A program made the position numbers and the translations under genes. DNA of 64,000 nt from a virus (Duplodnaviria > Heunggongvirae > Uroviricota > Caudoviricetes): IMG/VR virus record IMGVR_UViG_2711768056_000005. One strand, written 5' to 3'. Under the pieces are notes generated by a model. The model saw only the letters and a list, made by a program, of their open reading frames with translations, was not told where the DNA came from and did not search any database. The stretch's first letter is position 1, and every line of letters begins with the position of its first letter. Positions 41,951-52,036 of this stretch are shown here, piece by piece.

Positions 41951-43657
41951 TTGAGTAACTTACGCGAATACCAGAATCGTATTGCAGATATCGCAAAACG
42001 CTCTAAAGCTGTGCTTGGCTGGGCAAGCACTGCGCAGTTCGGTACTGATAACCAATTCATTAAAGATGATGCCGCGCGTGCCGCATCTATCCTTGAAGCT
42101 GCACGTAAAGACCCGGTTTTTGCGGGTATCTCTGATAATGCCACCGCTCAAATCGCTACAGCGTGGGCAAGTGCACTGGCTGACTACGCCGCAGCACATA
42201 AATCTATGCCGCGTCCGGAAATTCTGGCCTCCTGCCACCAGACGCTGGAAAACTGCCTGATTGAGTCCACCCGCAATAGCATGGATGCCACTAATAAAGC
42301 GATGCTGGAATCCGTCGCAGCAGAGATGATGAGCGTTTCTGACGGTGTTATGCGTCTGCCTTTATTCCTCGCGATGATCCTGCCTGTTCAGTTGGGGGCA
42401 GCTACCGCTGATGCGTGTACCTTCATTCCGGTTACGCGTGACCAGTCCGACATCTATGAAGTCTTTAACGTGGCAGGTTCATCTTTTGGTTCTTATGCTG
42501 CTGGTGATGTTCTGGACATGCAATCCGTCGGTGTGTACAGCCAGTTACGTCGCCGCTATGTGCTGGTGGCAAGCTCCGATGGCACCAGCAAAACCGCAAC
42601 CTTCAAGATGGAAGACTTCGAAGGCCAGAATGTACCAATCCGAAAAGGTCGCACTAACATCTACGTTAACCGTATTAAGTCTGTTGTTGATAACGGTTCC
42701 GGCAGCCTACTTCACTCGTTTACTAATGCTGCTGGTGAGCAAATCACTGTTACCTGCTCTCTGAACTACAACATTGGTCAGATTGCCCTGTCGTTCTCCA
42801 AAGCGCCGGATAAAGGCACTGAGATCGCAATTGAGACGGAAATCAATATTGAAGCCGCTCCTGAGCTGATCCCGCTGATCAACCACGAAATGAAGAAATA
42901 CACCCTGTTCCCAAGTCAGTTCGTTATCGCGGCTGAGCACACGGTACAGGCGGCGTATGAAGCACAGCGTGAATTTGGTCTGGACCTGGGTTCCCTACAG
43001 TTCCGCACCCTGAAGGAATACCTGTCTCATGAACAGGATATGCTGCGTCTTCGCATCATGATCTGGCGTACTCTTGCGACCGACACCTTTGACATCGCTC
43101 TGCCGGTTAACCAGTCCTTTGATGTATGGGCAACCATCATTCGTGGCAAATTCCAGACTGTATATCGCGACATTATTGAGCGCGTTAAATCTTCTGGTGC
43201 GATGGGGATGTTTGCTGGTGCTGATGCAGCATCTTTCTTCAAACAGTTGCCGAAGGATTTCTTCCAGCCAGCCGAAGACTATATCCAGACTCCGTATGTT
43301 CACTACATCGGTACCCTGTTCGGTAACGTGAAAGTGTACGAAGTACCTGCTGGTATTTGTAAGAACTTAACGACAGAGAACATTCAGTTCAGCTCGATGG
43401 ATGTGCTGTGCTACGTCCGTGATGAAAATCCGGGTAAAGCAGGCTTCGTGACTGGTGATGCTGTCCCGGCCATCCCGTTCCAGCATCCGACCACTCCGGC
43501 GCTGGTCAACCGTACCACGCTGTGGGGTTCGGCTATCAACGATATGCACCCACGCAACGGCGCTGATTACTTCACTCGTGTAACGCTGACAATGGCCAAA
43601 AAAGGCGGGCTTAACTTTATAAGCGGCGACACGATTGATGCCGGTGACTCTGAGTAA
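41951..43657 (+). CDS. Putative major head protein (568 aa from TTG)
   Basis: Large ORF immediately upstream of the sheath gene. No ATG near the 5' end; the TTG at 41951 has RBS AAGGAAG. Functional call rests on position and size only. Confidence 0.5.
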   Translation: MSNLREYQNRIADIAKRSKAVLGWASTAQFGTDNQFIKDDAARAASILEAARKDPVFAGISDNATAQIATAWASALADYAAAHKSMPRPEILASCHQTLENCLIESTRNSMDATNKAMLESVAAEMMSVSDGVMRLPLFLAMILPVQLGAATADACTFIPVTRDQSDIYEVFNVAGSSFGSYAAGDVLDMQSVGVYSQLRRRYVLVASSDGTSKTATFKMEDFEGQNVPIRKGRTNIYVNRIKSVVDNGSGSLLHSFTNAAGEQITVTCSLNYNIGQIALSFSKAPDKGTEIAIETEINIEAAPELIPLINHEMKKYTLFPSQFVIAAEHTVQAAYEAQREFGLDLGSLQFRTLKEYLSHEQDMLRLRIMIWRTLATDTFDIALPVNQSFDVWATIIRGKFQTVYRDIIERVKSSGAMGMFAGADAASFFKQLPKDFFQPAEDYIQTPYVHYIGTLFGNVKVYEVPAGICKNLTTENIQFSSMDVLCYVRDENPGKAGFVTGDAVPAIPFQHPTTPALVNRTTLWGSAINDMHPRNGADYFTRVTLTMAKKGGLNFISGDTIDAGDSE

Positions 43658-43716
43658 TCAGGGGAAGTTCTCCGTTTAACATAGCGCCCCGTGCGGGGCG
43701 CATAACAGGGAAAGTT

Positions 43717-45306
43717 ATGTCTCAATATTCAATTCAACAGTCATTAGGTAATGCATCCGGTGTCGCTGTTAGCCCGATCAATGCCGATGCGACGTTATCT
43801 ACCGGTGTTGTATTAAATAGCAGCTTGTGGGCTGGTATTGGCGTATTTGCGCGTGGCAAGCCGTTTACTGTTCTTGCGGTTACTGAGTCCAATTACGAAG
43901 ATGTTCTCGGCGAACCGCTGAAGCCGTCCTCCGGCTCACAGTTCGAACCAATTCGCCATGTGTACGAAGCTATTCAGCAAACGTCTGGTTATGTTGTCCG
44001 TGCTGTTCCGGATGATGCGAAGTTCCCGATTATTATGTTCGATGAATCAGGCGAACCGGCTTACAGTGCGTTGCCATACGGTTCTGAAATTGAACTTGAT
44101 AGCGGCGAAGCCTTTGCTATCTACGTTGATGATGGTGATCCGTGTATTTCTCCTACCCGTGAGTTAACCATCGAAACGGCAACAGCGGACAGCGCGGGTA
44201 ATGAACGCTTCCTCTTAAAACTGACCCAGACGACTTCGCTCGGTGTGGTAACGACCCTGGAGACACACACTGTGTCTTTGGCGGAAGAAGCGAAAGATGA
44301 CATGGGCCGCTTGTGTTATCTGCCTACGGCTCTGGAAGCCCGTTCTAAATATCTGCGCGCGGTTGTTAATGAAGAGCTGATTTCGACGGCGAAAGTAACA
44401 AATAAAAAATCGCTGGCGTTCACTGGCGGTACCAACGGCGATCAGTCGAACATTTCCACTGCTGCTTACCTGCGTGCGGTGAAAGTGCTGAACAATGCGC
44501 CGTACATGTACACCGCTGTTCTCGGCCTGGGTTGCTATGACAATGCGGCGATCACTGCGTTAGGTAATATCTGTTCTGATCGCTTGATTGATGGCTTCTT
44601 TGATGTCAAACCGACATTGACGTACACGGAAGCGATCTCTGCTGTTGAAGATACCGGTTTACTTGGTACCGATTATGTAAGCTGTGCTGTCTATCATTTC
44701 CCGTTCTCCTGCAAAGACAAATGGACCCAATCCCGCGTGGTCTTCGGTCTGTCTGGCGCGGCGTATGCAGCGAAAGCTCGTGGCGTCAAGAAAAACTCCG
44801 ATGTCGGCGGTTGGCATTACTCACCGGCTGGTGAAGAACGTGCCGTCATTGCTCGTGCATCACTTCAACCGCTGTATCCGGAAGACACCCCGGACGAAGA
44901 AGCTATGGTCAAGGGCCGACTCAATAAAGTATCTGTAGGTACTTCTGGCCAGATGATCATCGACGATGCTTTAACTTGCTGCACGCAGGATAACTATCTG
45001 CACTTCCAGCACGTCCCATCCCTGATGAATGCAATCAGCCGTTTCTTTGTCCAGTTAGCCCGACAGATGAAGCATAGCCCGGACGGTATTACTGCGGCTG
45101 GCCTGACTAAAGGGATGACCAAACTTTTAGATCGCTTTGTCGCCTCCGGCGCTCTGGTGGCTCCTCGTGATCCTGATGCTGACGGTACAGAACCGTATGT
45201 GCTGAAAGTTACGCAGGCGGAATTCGATAAATGGGAAGTAGTCTGGGCCTGCTGCCCGACTGGCGTAGCCCGTCGTATCCAGGGCGTACCGCTGCTTATT
45301 AAGTAA
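43717..45306 (+). CDS. Tail sheath protein (529 aa)
   Basis: Size and overall composition typical of contractile-tail sheath proteins; sits in a structural operon. Confidence 0.6.
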   Translation: MSQYSIQQSLGNASGVAVSPINADATLSTGVVLNSSLWAGIGVFARGKPFTVLAVTESNYEDVLGEPLKPSSGSQFEPIRHVYEAIQQTSGYVVRAVPDDAKFPIIMFDESGEPAYSALPYGSEIELDSGEAFAIYVDDGDPCISPTRELTIETATADSAGNERFLLKLTQTTSLGVVTTLETHTVSLAEEAKDDMGRLCYLPTALEARSKYLRAVVNEELISTAKVTNKKSLAFTGGTNGDQSNISTAAYLRAVKVLNNAPYMYTAVLGLGCYDNAAITALGNICSDRLIDGFFDVKPTLTYTEAISAVEDTGLLGTDYVSCAVYHFPFSCKDKWTQSRVVFGLSGAAYAAKARGVKKNSDVGGWHYSPAGEERAVIARASLQPLYPEDTPDEEAMVKGRLNKVSVGTSGQMIIDDALTCCTQDNYLHFQHVPSLMNAISRFFVQLARQMKHSPDGITAAGLTKGMTKLLDRFVASGALVAPRDPDADGTEPYVLKVTQAEFDKWEVVWACCPTGVARRIQGVPLLIK

Positions 45307-45315
45307 GGGAATACA

Positions 45316-46131
45316 ATGAGCAAAAACTTTTTTCAATCCGGGGCATTTTTGGGGAATGGACTGTCTCGTTTCGCTTTGAACTCTGATCCTGTGCAGCTGA
45401 TGGAGTCTGCCCGAGCAAGCGCCGAACCGCCAACAGATCCGGTTATTAATAATAATCCGGAACCGGCGGCACAGACTTACGATAACGTTCCATCTGCCCC
45501 GGCTCCTGAGCAAATCCTGGAAGGGAAAGACGGTAAAGAATGGACCGTCGAACAGGCGCACCAGATGATTCTGGAAGCCGCAAATCGAAGTGCTATGCAG
45601 AATGCGTTGAGTGATGCGGCCGACGCCGTTTTCGCCTGGGCTGATAGCGGTGATCTGACTTTCGACTCCCTTGATGGTTTCGTTCAGGCTATCGCTGGTA
45701 TCTCTGATGACGACGACTCCGAAGTTACAGAAGAACAGGACGATGCCTATAACGAAGCATGGGCAAATGTTGCTGACTTCCTCGCAGCATGCGGTGTAGA
45801 TGATGACCTGATCGAAGCACTGGCTGACGATGAAGACGACGACGCAGCTGCTGATGTTGGTGCCTCTATCGCTGGTTTAGATAGCGACGACCGCGACGAA
45901 CTGGAAGCGGCGTTTGTTGTTGCTGGCACTTCTGATGAAATGCTGACTGAAGCATTTAAGAAGGTTGTTCGTAACGGTGAGATCAAACTCATCCGTAAAC
46001 GCCTGCGTAAAAAACGTCTGACTGCGGCTCAAAAATCGGCGCTGAAAAAAGCGCGTCGAAAAGCCCAGACCGGCGCGGCAAAACTTGCCCGCAAAAAGTC
46101 AATGAAACTGCGCCGTAAGCGCCTTGGCTAA
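45316..46131 (+). CDS. Acidic protein with strongly basic C-terminal tail (271 aa)
   Basis: Asp/Glu-rich body then KRLRKKRLTAAQKSALKKARRKAQTGAAKLARKKSMKLRRKRLG; followed by a GC hairpin. Confidence 0.5.
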   Translation: MSKNFFQSGAFLGNGLSRFALNSDPVQLMESARASAEPPTDPVINNNPEPAAQTYDNVPSAPAPEQILEGKDGKEWTVEQAHQMILEAANRSAMQNALSDAADAVFAWADSGDLTFDSLDGFVQAIAGISDDDDSEVTEEQDDAYNEAWANVADFLAACGVDDDLIEALADDEDDDAAADVGASIAGLDSDDRDELEAAFVVAGTSDEMLTEAFKKVVRNGEIKLIRKRLRKKRLTAAQKSALKKARRKAQTGAAKLARKKSMKLRRKRLG

Positions 46132-46138
46132 AGGAGGA

Positions 46139-46160
46139 GGCCGGAGAACTCCGGCCTTTA
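46139..46160 (+). terminator. Terminator-like or attenuating GC hairpin
   Basis: GGCCGGA-GAACT-TCCGGCC followed by TTTA. Confidence 0.4.
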
Positions 46161-46166
46161 ACTTGA

Positions 46167-46748
46167 ATGGCACCTATTCCTTATGGGGTTTACAGCCAGG
46201 CTGACGGTGTATCGCCATTTCTGAAAGTTACTTTAACGAACTCTCAGTACCAGGTTACCGGATATATCAGCCAGGGGGCGGCAATGAACATGGCCCAGAA
46301 TTGGGAAGCGCCGTTTACCGGTATGTCCATGGGATCTGTTGCTGGTGCCTTCAGTGGTTTTGCGCAGGTTGGTACTGAAACAACGTCGGTTGCCCGTTGG
46401 AACAGCTTAATGGTTTGGGAAGGGGGAACACCGCCGACTTTCACGCTGCCAGTAACTTTCATCGCTTTGTTTGACCCATTCACGGAGGTTTCAGGAGCTA
46501 TCGCCGCATTGTCAGCGATGATTAGCCCGGAACTTAAAGATGCCAGTATTGGTGGTCGAATCCCGGAGCGCGTGACGCTAAACATTGGTCGCCGGATCAA
46601 CATCATTGATGTCGCTATCCAGGACATAAGTTTCGATCTCGATGCGCCCAGGGACAGCAATGGGCATTTCCTGAAAAACACCGTCAACCTCCAGTTGACC
46701 GGTTCTTCGATATATAACAGCTCCGATATTGTTCGGGCGTTCCAGTAA
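46167..46748 (+). CDS. Putative tail tube or tail-associated protein (193 aa)
   Basis: ORF in the sheath-proximal structural operon; assignment by position. Confidence 0.4.
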   Translation: MAPIPYGVYSQADGVSPFLKVTLTNSQYQVTGYISQGAAMNMAQNWEAPFTGMSMGSVAGAFSGFAQVGTETTSVARWNSLMVWEGGTPPTFTLPVTFIALFDPFTEVSGAIAALSAMISPELKDASIGGRIPERVTLNIGRRINIIDVAIQDISFDLDAPRDSNGHFLKNTVNLQLTGSSIYNSSDIVRAFQ

Positions 46749-46759
46749 AAGGATTTTAT

Positions 46760-47269
46760 ATGGGGCACAATAACACTAAGGGAAACCGTAAATTTATTAA
46801 GGGCCGCTATACTGCCAACGCGGCCAAAGGCGAACGACTGGTATCTTCTGAATTCCAGCTCACTTTTGCAGGCCATGAAGATATCAGCGTACTGGTTCGC
46901 ACGTCGCAAATTCCTGAAATGACCCGCGAGGATGTGGAGGACTATGGTCCGAATGGTGTGAAGTTCAACCAGCACGGTCCAATTCGAAACTCTGGGGAAA
47001 TCCAGGTCCAGTGCGTGGAGACTATCGAAGGCGATATTCTTCAGTTCATTAAAGATCGCATTGCGGCGAAGGACTATGTTGATATCACGATGGCTGCGAC
47101 CCCTGAATCCAAATCTTCCGGGGTTAATGCTGTGACAAAAGCTGCTACAACAATTGAAATGTTGGACTGCAAAATCTACAGTGATGCAATCGACTTTAGT
47201 ACCGAAGATGTGACTGCCGCTGTGCGCCCGTCACTTCGTATCGTTTACAACTGGATTGAGTGGGATTAA
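46760..47269 (+). CDS. Putative tail-associated structural protein (169 aa)
   Basis: RBS AAAGGA; followed by a strong terminator. Confidence 0.4.
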   Translation: MGHNNTKGNRKFIKGRYTANAAKGERLVSSEFQLTFAGHEDISVLVRTSQIPEMTREDVEDYGPNGVKFNQHGPIRNSGEIQVQCVETIEGDILQFIKDRIAAKDYVDITMAATPESKSSGVNAVTKAATTIEMLDCKIYSDAIDFSTEDVTAAVRPSLRIVYNWIEWD

Positions 47270-47288
47270 GAGTCATCCCTTGTATTTT

Positions 47289-47312
47289 AAAGCTCCTTCG
47301 GGAGCTTTTTTG
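47289..47312 (+). terminator. Rho-independent terminator
   Basis: AGCTCC-TTCG-GGAGCT followed by TTTTTTG. Confidence 0.75.
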
Positions 47313-47352
47313 CGCTTAAATTATGCCGGTATAGATAGATTTTGAGCATGTT

Positions 47353-47649
47353 ATGGAAATTGATTTTTCATACTCTCCTGAGACGATAGAAAGAAGATTC
47401 GAAATAATTGGATGCATAACTATTTCAGATGAGCATTATTGGGTTCTCTATGATGCCAATACATGGTTATGTGCCTTAGCAGAATGTCAGCCATCGTTAT
47501 GTGTAGGGGAGGGGGCTTTTCGACATAAGGTGCTGGCTACACTTGAAGTGAACACGTTACGATATTGGTGTGTAGAAATACTTAGTGATAACAAAGAATT
47601 GCATTTATTATTGCTGAATAAGTGTGCTTCTCTGCGCAGAAACGCATGA
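47353..47649 (+). CDS. Hypothetical Cys-containing protein (98 aa)
   Basis: Isolated ORF between two terminators. Confidence 0.4.
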   Translation: MEIDFSYSPETIERRFEIIGCITISDEHYWVLYDANTWLCALAECQPSLCVGEGAFRHKVLATLEVNTLRYWCVEILSDNKELHLLLLNKCASLRRNA

Positions 47650-47775
47650 GAAAACCCAACCGCTCTCCAGGAATTATCAGAAGAATATATGCGGAAAGTT
47701 ATAGCTAGCTATTGAAAAGCTAAAGTAGATCGGTTAGATTTGCCTTACTCATCTACCATGTGTAGAAAGAGCGAT

Positions 47776-47818
47776 CGAACCCGATACATAGCAATATGTG
47801 TCGGGTTCAGCTTTTTTA
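47776..47818 (+). terminator. Rho-independent terminator
   Basis: GAACCCGAT-N14-GTCGGGTTC followed by AGCTTTTTTAT. Confidence 0.6.
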
Positions 47819-48280
47819 TGTCCCAAGTGCTCTTTTTCTGCTTTGTTTGAGTGTTCTGATTTTACTGTCATAGGTTACAACATAGGCTGTTTTGAGAAGC
47901 CAATAGTCTCTACGTGCGGATAGCACAACAACGTAGTTTTCACACTCATTCCAGATTACCCACTCTTCAGTTGGTCCTCGTCTTTCAGACCAACATGATA
48001 TATCGCAATGGTTATAATTCCTTATCATATGCGCGATCCAGCGAATTCGCTTGCACCGTTCAAGATCGGGTATACGTTCTTCTTCTTTTTTTCCCTCTGA
48101 TACTAAATGCCAAAATCCGAACTCTTTCCCATCATATTCCGGTGAATAACGTAATCGAACAGGGAGACCCTTAAACGTTATATTAGAGATTAAAATGTCT
48201 TCTCTGACAACATCATATACATCGTCTATATACTCTTGCCAACTTCCATTGAAGTACAATAAATCTGGCATTTGAAGCAT
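47816..48280 (-). CDS. Hypothetical protein (154 aa), second gene of an AT-rich two-gene cassette
   Basis: ATG overlaps the upstream stop (TGATG) with GGAGG RBS; Trp/Cys/Tyr-rich. Confidence 0.5.
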   Translation of the reverse strand: MLQMPDLLYFNGSWQEYIDDVYDVVREDILISNITFKGLPVRLRYSPEYDGKEFGFWHLVSEGKKEEERIPDLERCKRIRWIAHMIRNYNHCDISCWSERRGPTEEWVIWNECENYVVVLSARRDYWLLKTAYVVTYDSKIRTLKQSRKRALGT

Positions 48281-48984
48281 CAGCGAGCCTCCCACACGAA
48301 AATATTAAATTTACTTTCTGTTGGAAGAGTGCTTTTTAGTAACTCCCTGTTTGTATGTGATTTTATCCTGTTTATGACTTGGATTTTTCCCGCGTTGCTA
48401 TTCATTCCTCGATGAACGTAGCCTAACGCACCAATGAAAAGATCCGTTAGCTGCAATTGTTGCACTTCATGAGATCGTATATGTTGAATTCTGTTTATCG
48501 ACTCATGATTGTAATCATAGCGATCATTGTGAAGAACCCCTCTTAATTTCTCAATTTTTTCAATACCTAAAGTATCTTTTATATCTAGGTAGATATTGTA
48601 TGTGTTGTTACTTTCTATTATGTTTTTTAAGACATAAAAAAACATCTTATAATAGAAAGTATTATGATCTTGATGGAATCGAGCATGGTCCAGTTGCTCT
48701 TTATCAGGAACAACAACACCTCTAAAGCGCAATGCTGGGTTGCTGAAGAAGTAATCTACGACATCTAAGTAAAATTCAACTTTGGACGCAGATACTTTAG
48801 TCCACTTGATTTCGAAATCAGGTTTTAGATTGTGTTTTAATTTTAATTCCTTGATGTCTCTAGCAATTTTTTTTGTGATAGAGCCAGGACACCAAAGTGC
48901 ACCCAATACCATGACTTTATTATGATCATTTAGTAGGTGACAGGATTCATCGCAGAATACATTAAATGTTCTTCGGTTCAACAT
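48280..48984 (-). CDS. DUF3800-like protein (234 aa), first gene of the AT-rich cassette
   Basis: N-terminal VFCDESCH and C-terminal LQLTDLFIGAL resemble the DUF3800 signature by eye. Confidence 0.45.
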   Translation of the reverse strand: MLNRRTFNVFCDESCHLLNDHNKVMVLGALWCPGSITKKIARDIKELKLKHNLKPDFEIKWTKVSASKVEFYLDVVDYFFSNPALRFRGVVVPDKEQLDHARFHQDHNTFYYKMFFYVLKNIIESNNTYNIYLDIKDTLGIEKIEKLRGVLHNDRYDYNHESINRIQHIRSHEVQQLQLTDLFIGALGYVHRGMNSNAGKIQVINRIKSHTNRELLKSTLPTESKFNIFVWEAR

Positions 48985-49132
48985 GTTAACTCCACTTATT
49001 GTTAGGTAGAATTGTCCGTTAGTTGTTTATTAATTGCAATAAAGGGACGTCCAGATTTGACAACTATGTCCTCTTACTAGGACACCTATGAGTTTGCCTC
49101 ATGGCAAACTAGAGGTGTTGAAAGTATGCATG

Positions 49133-49149
49133 GTTATAATTAGAGCAAT
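49133..49149 (-). promoter_or_regulatory. Weak C1 operator-like match (12/17), 3 nt downstream of the repL stop
   Basis: Minus strand reads ATTGCTCTAATTATAAC; conserved ATTGCTCTAAT half intact. Confidence 0.3.
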
Positions 49150-49152
49150 TCA

Positions 49153-49998
49153 TTACCCTCTGAATCCTGCCGGTATACCCCATTGTTCGTTATCTTTATT
49201 TTTGGCTAAAACCGCATTAAGAGCTTCGTTTACCGTCATGCAATGCGGCAGATTATCGAAGTTTGATATCCCGCCAATATCAGGAGAACGCTTGTTCTTC
49301 AGGAAAGCATATTTCCGCGAAGCCGCCTCTACTTTCTGCTTGAACTCATGTTTTTGAGCGCGTTTTTTGGATAACCGCAGATTGTCTGCCTTTGCTTTTG
49401 CCTCAGCGATCCAGGAAGTCAAATTTTTGAGCCTGGTCGTTCCGGCACCGCCGGAAACTGATCTTTTTGTTTTTTTAATTTGTGACTTCTTATTCTTTAT
49501 TGCCACGTCATCCTGACAGGGGGAGGGGGTATCATTTTGACATGGGGGTGTGGATAAAAAATTAAATAAAGCCAATGTCTTAGCGAGAACAGCTTTAACC
49601 TTGGTTGCCGCTGAAGAGATCTTTAATTTGCTTTCAATCAGCGCATTTTTGGCTTGTTGTGCGAAGGCCAAAAAGGATGGTGTAAACCGGTACAGGTTAG
49701 CGCGACGTTCATGGTGATCGCCGATAACAATCTCTACAGACAGAATTCCTTTGTTTACAGCTTCACGGAATGCACGAACGACGGTTGATTGGCTATAACC
49801 AGTTTCTGCCGCGATCAGGCGGTGAGGCTTGTGAATGAAGTATTCACTGGTTGTTGCCGCGAGATTTGCACATTGCGACAGGATATGCCCGGCGCTACGG
49901 GATAGACCGGAGTGTGTTACAAAGCAGGCCAATTCATAGCCAGAAAAAGTAAAATCGCTCATCGTTATACAGCTCAGGAAAGTGACTTTAGCCAGCAT
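49153..49998 (-). CDS. repL: Lytic replication protein RepL-like (281 aa; start may be the internal ATG at 49962)
   Basis: Directly downstream of kilA in the C1-controlled operon. Confidence 0.55.
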   Translation of the reverse strand: MLAKVTFLSCITMSDFTFSGYELACFVTHSGLSRSAGHILSQCANLAATTSEYFIHKPHRLIAAETGYSQSTVVRAFREAVNKGILSVEIVIGDHHERRANLYRFTPSFLAFAQQAKNALIESKLKISSAATKVKAVLAKTLALFNFLSTPPCQNDTPSPCQDDVAIKNKKSQIKKTKRSVSGGAGTTRLKNLTSWIAEAKAKADNLRLSKKRAQKHEFKQKVEAASRKYAFLKNKRSPDIGGISNFDNLPHCMTVNEALNAVLAKNKDNEQWGIPAGFRG

Positions 49999-50027
49999 TA
50001 CAATGCTGGTGGTTCTTACTACGTTTG

Positions 50028-50828
50028 TTAGCGCGTTGCCGCGACAGGTACCAGCACACCAGCATCAAGCAATCGCTTCATAAGCCACTGCTGACCTTTG
50101 CCGGTTATACGAGTCGTGAAAGAAATCCTGCTTCCATTGCTTGTATCGATCACGGTTTCTTTGAGGGTGAAGTACCCACGGGATATGTATTCTTGTTTTG
50201 GGACGTTCCTGCGCTCACCGGTTGCGATCAGAATTCCGTTATCACGCAACCAGGTGAAGAGATAGTTTTGGCCCAGGCCGAGCACTTTGGCATAGTTGCC
50301 GATTAGAACCCCGCTGGCGGTAGCAACGCGTTCGGCAAATTCGACTTTAGGGGCATCCAGAAGCATTTTTTGCTCCAGCCGTTGCTTTTGCTCTGCCAGA
50401 TCGGCAGCCAAACGGAGAGCTTCAGGGAGACTCTGCGGAATAGCAGGTTGTAATCTTCCGGCTCGATAGTCGATAAATGTCTGGTTTACCTTCAGCCGAA
50501 ACGCGGGAGAAATCCAGCCTGCGTACTCCACTGCGAGCAATTCATGGGCAAAAGTGCCGCCGCCACGGCCTTCGAACGAAACTATGCAATTCTGCATAGT
50601 TTCTTTTTCAAGCTCTTCGATGAGCTGTTTAGCTGACAGCGTTCTTAGCCATTGAGCTGGCGCTTTATGGGCACCGAGTCCGCTCGCTCTGTGTAGAGCA
50701 TTAAGGTTGTAACGGCCAACGCGGTCGGTCGTAATTTCAACACCACAAATAACGGGCAGAGTGGTTGAAGGATCGACATTTTGATGAAGGTTTGATATAT
50801 TCATATCCGCATTGAATGTTTGTTGCAT
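50028..50828 (-). CDS. kilA: KilA (266 aa): KilA-N domain plus a C-terminal domain shared with Ant
   Basis: N-terminal domain (...RYNLNALHRASG...) of KilA-N type; C-terminal 140 aa colinear with the Ant C-terminus; preceded by an operator. Confidence 0.75.
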   Translation of the reverse strand: MQQTFNADMNISNLHQNVDPSTTLPVICGVEITTDRVGRYNLNALHRASGLGAHKAPAQWLRTLSAKQLIEELEKETMQNCIVSFEGRGGGTFAHELLAVEYAGWISPAFRLKVNQTFIDYRAGRLQPAIPQSLPEALRLAADLAEQKQRLEQKMLLDAPKVEFAERVATASGVLIGNYAKVLGLGQNYLFTWLRDNGILIATGERRNVPKQEYISRGYFTLKETVIDTSNGSRISFTTRITGKGQQWLMKRLLDAGVLVPVAATR

Positions 50829-50896
50829 TTTTTCTCCAAATTTGCATCAACCTTCAATCATCAGCTCGAAATGGTGATTCTTTGCACTTAGAAAAC

Positions 50897-50913
50897 GAAA
50901 TTTATTAGAGCAA
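50897..50913 (-). promoter_or_regulatory. C1 operator match (16/17) upstream of kilA-repL
   Basis: Minus strand reads TTTGCTCTAATAAATTT, about 70-85 nt upstream of the kilA start. Confidence 0.65.
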
Positions 50914-50992
50914 ATTTTTCTAACTCGATCCAGATCGGGTTGGATGATCTGCTCAGAAACCTGCCAGTTTGCTGGCAGGTTTTTTTCTTTTG

Positions 50993-52036
50993 TTAACCTA
51001 TTGCTACTGGTTTTAACAAACCAGCATCAAGTAGCTTGCGAGTTAACCACTGCTGGCCTTTACCCGTTAATTGGGGCGTCAGCCGTATCTGGTAGCCATT
51101 TTCATCATCCAGCACCACTTCTTTCACCGTGAAATACCCCGCGTTGATGTACTGTTGGCGCGGTACGTTTTTGCGCGCTCCAAAAGCCATGAGAATGCCA
51201 TTCTGGCGCAACCATGAGAAAAGGGCGTTTTGCTTAAGTCCAACAACCTTTGCAAAGTTCCCGATCAGGATTCCATTGGCCACTGATACCCGGTCGGCAA
51301 AATCGACTTTAGGGGCTGCGGCCACCAGCTGTTGTTCCAACTGCATTTTCTGTTCTGCTAACTCGGCAGCCAGGCGTAGGGCTTCTGGTAATGTCTGGGG
51401 GATCGATGGGGTAGGGGAGTTTGCCTGCTGTAATTCTTCCAGTTTGTCGATCAGCGAACGGCGGACCGCTTTTGACTCGCGCGCGGCGACTCGCAGGGCT
51501 TGTTTGTAGGTCATGGTTATGACAACCATAGGCGTACCGCCACCTGGCGGCACGGTTGCACTTTTTGTGTAACCGTCCTCACCTTCTAATTCGTCGAGTA
51601 TTTTTTCGATGAATTTGTTGTTCCGAACCTCTGGTTCCCCACATAACTTACGCGCTTCATTGACCATCTTTAACAGTGTCTGGCTGTCGATTGTGTCTCC
51701 AGTGTTGGAGATAACATTCACAGCTGGTGATGGCGTAGCTGAAGCAACAGGTGCTGGTTTTTCAGCATTCAAATTATTACCGGTCATTCTGCGTGCCTCC
51801 TTTCTCATTTCTGCTGCCACCGTTGCGTAACGTAGACGTCCTTGTTCAATCAAATAATCCCTGATCTCGGCTATCAGTAGCCTGTTGATCACAGCCTTAT
51901 CTGTTCGGGTATAAAAACGTCTGGTTATCATGAAATAGTTGGCAATTGCGCCGGGGATCTCCCGTGTCGGCATACAGGTTGTATGCAGGGCGATCGCTTC
52001 GGCTATTTCATTACGGGTGACGAGAGGTTTTTTCAT
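50993..52036 (-). CDS. ant: Antirepressor Ant (347 aa)
   Basis: Start overlaps the icd stop (ATGA); C-terminal KilAC-type domain; immediately downstream of icd and the c4 region. Confidence 0.8.
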   Translation of the reverse strand: MKKPLVTRNEIAEAIALHTTCMPTREIPGAIANYFMITRRFYTRTDKAVINRLLIAEIRDYLIEQGRLRYATVAAEMRKEARRMTGNNLNAEKPAPVASATPSPAVNVISNTGDTIDSQTLLKMVNEARKLCGEPEVRNNKFIEKILDELEGEDGYTKSATVPPGGGTPMVVITMTYKQALRVAARESKAVRRSLIDKLEELQQANSPTPSIPQTLPEALRLAAELAEQKMQLEQQLVAAAPKVDFADRVSVANGILIGNFAKVVGLKQNALFSWLRQNGILMAFGARKNVPRQQYINAGYFTVKEVVLDDENGYQIRLTPQLTGKGQQWLTRKLLDAGLLKPVAIG

